Below, one piece after another: positions 34,910 to 40,000 of a stretch of 40,000 bases of DNA (the first letter of the stretch is position 1; every line of letters starts with the position of its first letter). Source of the stretch: an uncultured Chloroflexia bacterium. Its GTDB lineage: Bacteria; Chloroflexota; Anaerolineae; Anaerolineales; Villigracilaceae. Made by a program: the position numbers and the translations under genes. The notes under the pieces were generated by a model. That model had not been told where the DNA came from, did not search any database, and saw nothing but the letters and a program-made list of their open reading frames with translations. Location: contig CAWAAC010000009.1 of NCBI GenBank assembly GCA_963779935.1, positions 1,173,357 to 1,213,356 of the forward strand, written 5' to 3'.

Positions 34910-35707
34910 ATGGAAGAACGTACCCTTCAAAGAGCCTTATTAAATATCCCGCTGGGTGGCCTGCGTTATTTTGAGCAAACCGGTTCCACGAATGATGCCG
35001 CGCTTGCCTGGGCAGCCACCGGTGCTCCGGACCTGGCGCTGGTCATTGCCGGGCAGCAGACGGCCGGGCGCGGGCGCGGCAGCCACAGCTGGTTTAGCGC
35101 GCCAGGCGCCGCACTGGCCTTCAGCCTGGTCTTTCGGCCGTTCCCCGGGGAAGAGCAGTCGATCCCGCTTTTTTCCGCTTTAGGCGCCCTGGCGGTGTGT
35201 GAAGTACTGGCTGCGCAAGGGCTGCACCCGGAAATTAAATGGCCGAACGATGTGTTGATCAACCGCAAAAAAATCTGCGGGATATTGGCTGAATCTGTCT
35301 GGACGGGCGTAAAAGTGGATAGCCTCGTTTTAGGGTTGGGACTTAATATCAAGCCTGAAGCGGTGCCTCCGGCCGAACAACTTACTTTTCCGGCCACCTG
35401 CCTGGAAGCCGAGCTTCCTCTTCCCCGGCATAGCATTGAGGCTGTGGAAGAGGGCATGCTGCTCCAACAAATCATCCAGGCAGTGCGCTACTGGCGCGGC
35501 ATGTTCTCCACCAATATTTTCTTGCATACCTGGGAAAGACGTCTGGCATTTCGCGGGGAACAGGTGGAGGTCTGGGTGGATGGACAGGCAGCTCGGAAGG
35601 GGCAGGTGGACGGTTTGGAGGCGGATGGCAGCTTGCGCCTGATTTCTCCCCAGGGTCAGATCTTCGCCGTGCAGTTTGGGGAAGTGCACCTGCGTCCAGT
35701 TGTGTGA
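34910..35707 (+). CDS. birA: Biotin--[acetyl-CoA-carboxylase] ligase (no N-terminal HTH domain)
   Basis: GRGRGSHSWFSAPGAALAFSLVF biotin-binding loop. KWPNDVLINRKKICGIL. 265 aa. Confidence 0.85.
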   Translation: MEERTLQRALLNIPLGGLRYFEQTGSTNDAALAWAATGAPDLALVIAGQQTAGRGRGSHSWFSAPGAALAFSLVFRPFPGEEQSIPLFSALGALAVCEVLAAQGLHPEIKWPNDVLINRKKICGILAESVWTGVKVDSLVLGLGLNIKPEAVPPAEQLTFPATCLEAELPLPRHSIEAVEEGMLLQQIIQAVRYWRGMFSTNIFLHTWERRLAFRGEQVEVWVDGQAARKGQVDGLEADGSLRLISPQGQIFAVQFGEVHLRPVV

Positions 35708-35732
35708 TATACTTTTTACATTGAGGTGAACC

Positions 35733-35969
35733 ATGCTCGATAATTTGCGAAGTCAGGCTTCCTTCACACCAGATGAAGAAGAACCGCTGGAACCCGGTCA
35801 ATCAGAAGCGCCCAAGCCGCCTAAAATCCATCGATCAATCGACCAGATAACCGGTACCACCGACAAGCAGCGTTTAATGCTTGCAGTGATGTTGCTGGTG
35901 ATGGTTTGCCTGCTTGGATCATTATTTCTTTTGATAACCGGTACGGTTGTCCTGCCAGTCTCACACTAA
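35733..35969 (+). CDS. Small hypothetical protein with a C-terminal TM helix
   Basis: Good RBS (gaggtga, 5 nt before the ATG). 78 aa. Acidic/Pro-rich N-terminus, then LMLAVMLLVMVCLLGSLFLLITG. Confidence 0.45.
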   Translation: MLDNLRSQASFTPDEEEPLEPGQSEAPKPPKIHRSIDQITGTTDKQRLMLAVMLLVMVCLLGSLFLLITGTVVLPVSH

Positions 35970-36027
35970 TATCGAATTCAGGTTATTTCAAATGGATGGC
36001 AGAATGTCATGCCGTCACCGATTCTAA

Positions 36028-36070
36028 AAACAAATTCGGAGACCACCAAGTGTGGTCTCCGAATTTGTTT
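36028..36070. terminator. Bidirectional terminator hairpin between convergent genes
   Basis: aaacaaattcggagaccac / gtggtctccgaatttgttt, 19-bp arms and a 5-nt loop, with an A-run on one side and a T-run on the other. Confidence 0.8.
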
Positions 36071-36087
36071 CAATTCACAAAGCCCTG

Positions 36088-38649
36088 CTATTTCAGCGGC
36101 AGTTCAATTTGTTTGCCTGGTTCAGTGGCAGTTTCTCCGGTGGGGGAGACGCCAACTTTCTTAAGTTCCGCAGCAGCAATGCGCGCAATGGAGGCCACCC
36201 GGTCACCTTCCTTGATTCCCATCAAGTGGACCCCCCGCGTGGCCCGCCCGGCCTGCTTGACATCCTTGACCTTGGTGCGCAGGACCATGCCATTGGCAGT
36301 GATGATTGTCAGATCATCCGCTTCCTGGACAACGCGTGCAGACGCGATCGTGCCGATTTTGTCGGTTGCGTCACGGGCGATGGTTTGTACGCCGCCGGTG
36401 GCGCGCCCTTTGACCGGATATTCTGCCAGGGCGGTGCGCTTGCCATACCCCAGCGTTGTCACCAGCAGTAAATCCCCGCCTTTTTCGATGACTTCCATGC
36501 TGGTGACTTTATCCTTGGTTCCCAGTCGGATGCCGGTTACACCGCTGGCCGTGCGTCCCATCGAGCGGACTTCATCCTCGGCAAAACGTAGTGCCTGTCC
36601 CTGTTCGGTGATGAAGATGATTTCGTTATCGCCATGGGTCAGACGCGCCCAGCCCAGCTCATCGCCCGCTTCCAATCCGATTGCGATGATACCGGAGGGT
36701 CGGACAGCCGACAATTCAGAAAGGGCCATGCGTTTGATTTTTCCCATCCGTGTCGCCAGGGTGATAAATTCCACCGTATCAAAGTTCGGCACGGCGACTG
36801 CCGCAGTAATGTATTCACCTGCATCCAAAGAGAGAACATTCACTAGTGGGATGCCTTTGGCGGCCCGATCCGCATCCGGGATCTGATAGACTTTTTCAGA
36901 ATATACTTTGCCATTGTCGGAGAAGAACAGCATGGTATCAAGGGAACGGGCCGGGATGAGGTTCAGGACTTCATCCTCTTCCTTGGTCAGGTGGCCGGTC
37001 ACTCCTTTGCCTCCCTTGGTTTGGCTGCGATAAGCCGCCGCCGCAACACGTTTGATGTAGCCCTGGGCAGTTAGCGAGATGAGTACGGCCTCGTCCGGTA
37101 CGAGGTCCAATTCGCTCAAATTCTCCACTGCCTCAACGGCAATATGGGTGCGCCGTTCATCGCCATATTTTTCGGAAAGTTCATGCATATCATCCTGGAT
37201 GAGCGCCAGGATTTTCTTGGGATGGGCCAGCAGATCCTCGAATTGGGCGATCTGCTGTTTAATTTGTTTATATTCATCCTCAATTTTCTGACGTTCGAGG
37301 GCTGCCAGACGGCGAAGTTGCATGTCGAGGATGGCCTGCGCCTGCAGATCCGACAATTTGAAGCGGTTCATCAGGCGCTCTTTAGCAGCGTCAGCATCCG
37401 GGGATTCGCGGATGGTCTGGATGACGGCATCCAGGTTGTCCAGGGCAATGGTTAGTCCTTCCAGGATATGTGCGCGTGCACGTGCCTTTTCCAGTTCGAA
37501 TTGGGTACGGCGGGTGAGTACGTTCTGCCGGTGCTCGATGAATATTTGCAGGGCACGTTTAAGCGGCAAAAGGCGCGGTTCGCCATCCACCAGGGCCAGC
37601 ATCTGAACGCCAAAGGTGGATTGGAGGGCAGTGTATTTGTAAAGCTGGTTTAGCACCTTCTTGGGTTGGGAGCCGCGTTTCAGTTCAATGACGATGCTCA
37701 TGCCGCGGCGATCAGATTCGTCCCTGAGGTCGGAGATGGAGTTGATTTTTTCTTCACGGACCAGGTCTGCGATGCGTTCGATCAGGGTGGATTTGTTAAC
37801 CTGGTAGGGGATCTCTGTGATGACAATGCGGAAGCGATTGCCATTCATATCCTCGATATGTGCCTTGCCGCGCAAGACGATCCGCCCTTTGCCGGAGCCA
37901 TAAGCGGCCTCGATGCCCTCCGTGCCGACGATGATGCCGCCGGTGGGGAAATCCGGCCCGGGGATGAATTTCATCAAGTACTCGATCGGCACTTCTTCCA
38001 TCTTGTCATAATTATCAATAAGATAGATGATGGCTGTAGCCAGTTCTTTTAAATTGTGCGGCGGGATATTGGTCGCCATACCAACGGCGATACCAGAAGA
38101 TCCATTGAGTAATAAGTTGGGCAGGCGGGATGGCAGCACCAGTGGCTCTTTGAGGGAACCATCGAAGTTATCGGTGAAGTCCACGGTATTCTTATCGAGG
38201 TCAGCCAGCATTTCCTCGGCCATTTTGTGGAGGCGCGCTTCGGTATAACGCATGGCAGCCGGGGCATCCCCATCCACCGAGCCGAAGTTACCCTGTCCAT
38301 CCACCAGCAGATAGCGCATGGAGAAATCCTGTGCCATGCGCGCCATCGATTCGTAAACTGCCAAATCGCCGTGCGGGTGGTATTTACCCAGCACTTCGCC
38401 GACGATACGGGCGGATTTTTTGAAAGCGGTATTGGCGCGGATGCCCATATCCTGCATGGCATATAAGATACGCCGATGGACTGGCTTTAATCCATCCCGG
38501 GCATCCGGTAGAGCGCGCGCAACAATGACCGACATGGCGTAATCGAGGTATGCCGTGCGCATCGTCTCATCGATATCTGCCATTTGAACGGTACCGATGA
38601 CTTGTTTGACCGGCTCCGGGCCGGGGCTGGTGGGTTCTGGTTCTGCCAT
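36088..38649 (-). CDS. gyrA: DNA gyrase subunit A
   Basis: [28 protein letters not shown] and the active-site region [11 protein letters not shown]-terminal beta-pinwheel repeats. Start set at the ATG at 38649 (MAEPEP), behind gaggaa, not at 38676. Confidence 0.95.
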   Translation of the reverse strand: MAEPEPTSPGPEPVKQVIGTVQMADIDETMRTAYLDYAMSVIVARALPDARDGLKPVHRRILYAMQDMGIRANTAFKKSARIVGEVLGKYHPHGDLAVYESMARMAQDFSMRYLLVDGQGNFGSVDGDAPAAMRYTEARLHKMAEEMLADLDKNTVDFTDNFDGSLKEPLVLPSRLPNLLLNGSSGIAVGMATNIPPHNLKELATAIIYLIDNYDKMEEVPIEYLMKFIPGPDFPTGGIIVGTEGIEAAYGSGKGRIVLRGKAHIEDMNGNRFRIVITEIPYQVNKSTLIERIADLVREEKINSISDLRDESDRRGMSIVIELKRGSQPKKVLNQLYKYTALQSTFGVQMLALVDGEPRLLPLKRALQIFIEHRQNVLTRRTQFELEKARARAHILEGLTIALDNLDAVIQTIRESPDADAAKERLMNRFKLSDLQAQAILDMQLRRLAALERQKIEDEYKQIKQQIAQFEDLLAHPKKILALIQDDMHELSEKYGDERRTHIAVEAVENLSELDLVPDEAVLISLTAQGYIKRVAAAAYRSQTKGGKGVTGHLTKEEDEVLNLIPARSLDTMLFFSDNGKVYSEKVYQIPDADRAAKGIPLVNVLSLDAGEYITAAVAVPNFDTVEFITLATRMGKIKRMALSELSAVRPSGIIAIGLEAGDELGWARLTHGDNEIIFITEQGQALRFAEDEVRSMGRTASGVTGIRLGTKDKVTSMEVIEKGGDLLLVTTLGYGKRTALAEYPVKGRATGGVQTIARDATDKIGTIASARVVQEADDLTIITANGMVLRTKVKDVKQAGRATRGVHLMGIKEGDRVASIARIAAAELKKVGVSPTGETATEPGKQIELPLK

Positions 38650-38735
38650 AATTATTTCCTCACGCGGTAAGGGCACAGCACAGCTGTGCCCTTATGGTTT
38701 ATTCAGAATAGCGAGTGAATTATACCGCAAACAGC

Positions 38736-38764
38736 TTGCCAAATTAGGTTTAGACAGTTATAAT
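38736..38764 (+). promoter_or_regulatory. Sigma-70-type promoter for the tRNA gene
   Basis: TTGCCA (38736-38741), a 17-nt spacer, then TATAAT (38759-38764), about 15 nt before the mature tRNA 5' end. Confidence 0.6.
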
Positions 38765-38779
38765 CCCGCCTTGCTAATT

Positions 38780-38854
38780 CGGGGCGTGGCTCAGCCCGGC
38801 TAGAGCGCTGCGTTCGGGACGCAGAGGTCGGCGGTCCAAATCCGCCCGCCCCGA
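38780..38854 (+). tRNA. tRNA-Pro (anticodon CGG); CCA not encoded
   Basis: Manual cloverleaf. Acceptor CGGGGCG/CGCCCCG. D arm GCTC-AGCCCGGCTA-GAGC. Anticodon arm CTGCG-TTCGGGA-CGCAG. Variable loop AGGTC. T arm GGCGG-TCCAAAT-CCGCC. Discriminator A. Confidence 0.85.
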
Positions 38855-38856
38855 CT

Positions 38857-38887
38857 AAAGACTCTCAAATTTGGGAGTCTTTTTTTA
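38857..38887 (+). terminator. Intrinsic terminator after the tRNA
   Basis: aaagactctca / tgggagtcttt stem followed by tttttt. Confidence 0.75.
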
Positions 38888-38904
38888 TTGGGTCAAGTGA
38901 TAAT

Positions 38905-38934
38905 AATCCGGGCAGCCGACTGGCTGCCCGGATT
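38905..38934 (-). terminator. Hairpin downstream of the gltD-like gene (putative terminator, no U-run)
   Basis: aatccgggcagcc-gact-ggctgcccggatt, with perfect 13-bp arms, 22 nt after the reverse-strand stop codon. Confidence 0.5.
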
Positions 38935-38956
38935 GAAATTGTGGTACGAAGAGGCT

Positions 38957-40000
38957 TTACTTTGCCTTCAAGTATTCACCGATTGACACGGCGGCTTTCC
39001 GGCCGCCTACCATGGCGGTGACAACCAGGTCTGGTCCGGTCACCCCGTCCCCGGCGGCGAAGACGCCTGCCCGGGTGGTGGCGCCGGTCTCTTTATCCAC
39101 CACGCTGACCAGGCCATAATCATGAGTTTCGAGACCCGGTGTGGTTTTTCCGATGACCGGATCTGGCCAGTAGCCCAGCGCCTTGATGGCCGTGTCTACT
39201 GCAATAGAGAAGTTGGAACCTTCCACTGGCACCGGCTTTCGGCGGCCTTTTGCATCTGGTTCTCCCAACTTCATTTCGATGCATTCGATGGCGGCCAGGC
39301 GGCCATCCTCGCCGGCGATGAATTTTACCGGTTGGGTTAAGAAGCGGTATTTTGCCCCTTCTTCTTTGGCCATCTTGCGATCCTTTTTACCGCCGGGCAT
39401 TTCTTTCTCGGTACGGCGATAGAGGCAGGTCACATCTTCTGCGCCCAGGCGTAAAGCAGATCGCAGGCAATCGGAGGCCGTATCGCCGCCGCCGATCACA
39501 ACCACGCGTTTACCGAGCTGAGGCCGTTCGCGTTTGTCCTCTGGCAGAAGATTTGGCTCCGTATTGGCGCGCATCAGGAAATCGGTGCCTTCGTAAACGC
39601 CGGGCAGATCCTCACCTGGGGTCTCCATTTTGGCATCAATGCCGGTTCCCACGCCGAGAAATACCGCATCAAAACCTTCCTGGAATAATTGGTCGATCGT
39701 TTTGCTTTTTCCAATGTAGGTATTACCAACAAACCTGGCGCCAGCCTTTTCGAAATCACCCCAGCGACAGAATAACACTTCTTTCGCCAGTTTGAAATTA
39801 GGAATACCATAAACCATCAGACCGCCCGGAGCCGGCTTGGAATCGAAAAATGTCACAGAATGTCCCTGCATCAAAAGTTGCTCGGCACAACCCAATCCTG
39901 CCGGTCCAGCGCCTACTATGGCCACATTCTTTCCGGTTGGTTTTCCAACCGGGATGGCTACCCCGGCGGTTTTCCGTTCGTAGCAGGTCACAAAGGTTTC
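38957..40000 (-). CDS. NAD(P)H-dependent FAD oxidoreductase of the glutamate synthase small-subunit (GltD/SudA-like) family; N-terminus outside the window
   Basis: Dinucleotide motifs VAIVGAGPAGLGCA and VVVIGGGDTASDC. C-terminal AAGDGVTGPDLVVTAM. The frame stays open to base 40000 (..ETFVTCYERK). Confidence 0.8.
   Translation of the reverse strand, partial: ETFVTCYERKTAGVAIPVGKPTGKNVAIVGAGPAGLGCAEQLLMQGHSVTFFDSKPAPGGLMVYGIPNFKLAKEVLFCRWGDFEKAGARFVGNTYIGKSKTIDQLFQEGFDAVFLGVGTGIDAKMETPGEDLPGVYEGTDFLMRANTEPNLLPEDKRERPQLGKRVVVIGGGDTASDCLRSALRLGAEDVTCLYRRTEKEMPGGKKDRKMAKEEGAKYRFLTQPVKFIAGEDGRLAAIECIEMKLGEPDAKGRRKPVPVEGSNFSIAVDTAIKALGYWPDPVIGKTTPGLETHDYGLVSVVDKETGATTRAGVFAAGDGVTGPDLVVTAMVGGRKAAVSIGEYLKAK

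Noticed and set aside
35906-36886. 326-aa forward ORF overlapping the 3' part of gyrA
   Set aside because: Antisense to gyrA. It is a Ser/Ala/Pro-rich artificial-looking sequence and crosses the clear bidirectional terminator at 36028-36070.

Overview
This is a GC-rich bacterial chromosomal window, dense in forward-strand genes except for one long reverse-strand operon. Most of it is an aerobic respiratory island. The gene content would fit a Chloroflexota (Anaerolineae-like) genome, but that is a low-confidence inference. Order of features: (1) the 3' end of a CorC/HlyC-type gene. (2) A reverse-strand Alternative Complex III (ACIII) operon, actA-actB1-actB2-actC-actD-actE plus an extra tethered cytochrome c (408-7012). 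(3) Divergently from it, a caa3-type cytochrome oxidase operon, coxB-coxA-coxC, then SCO1, an unknown membrane ORF and SURF1 (7252-12796). (4) Directly chained to that, a first cydAB copy in which each gene is broken by one extra T (12821-15236). (5) Two tandem YbjT-like SDR+DUF2867 paralogs and a MenA-like prenyltransferase (15424-19498). (6) An Rrf2 regulator followed by an intact second cydAB and a fused cydDC (19774-28334). A complete ORF-containing group II intron that looks like class C sits after a stem-loop between cydB and cydDC (about 22735-24600). (7) A visibly more AT-rich segment with two large polytopic, GT-C-like membrane proteins (28476-32231). (8) Housekeeping genes: rho, a LysM/M23 peptidase, birA, a small membrane ORF, gyrA (reverse strand), tRNA-Pro(CGG), and the 3' part of a gltD-like oxidoreductase (reverse strand). 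I found no CRISPR array, toxin-antitoxin pair or recognisable defence system. The only reverse transcriptase is explained by the intron. No convincing wholly new multi-gene system is visible. The best candidates for follow-up are the doubly frameshifted cydAB, the intron inside the cyd cluster, the YbjT-YbjT-MenA-like module, the uncharacterised ORF inside the cox assembly block, and the AT-rich membrane-protein pair. All homology calls come from motif recognition by eye, not from searches.
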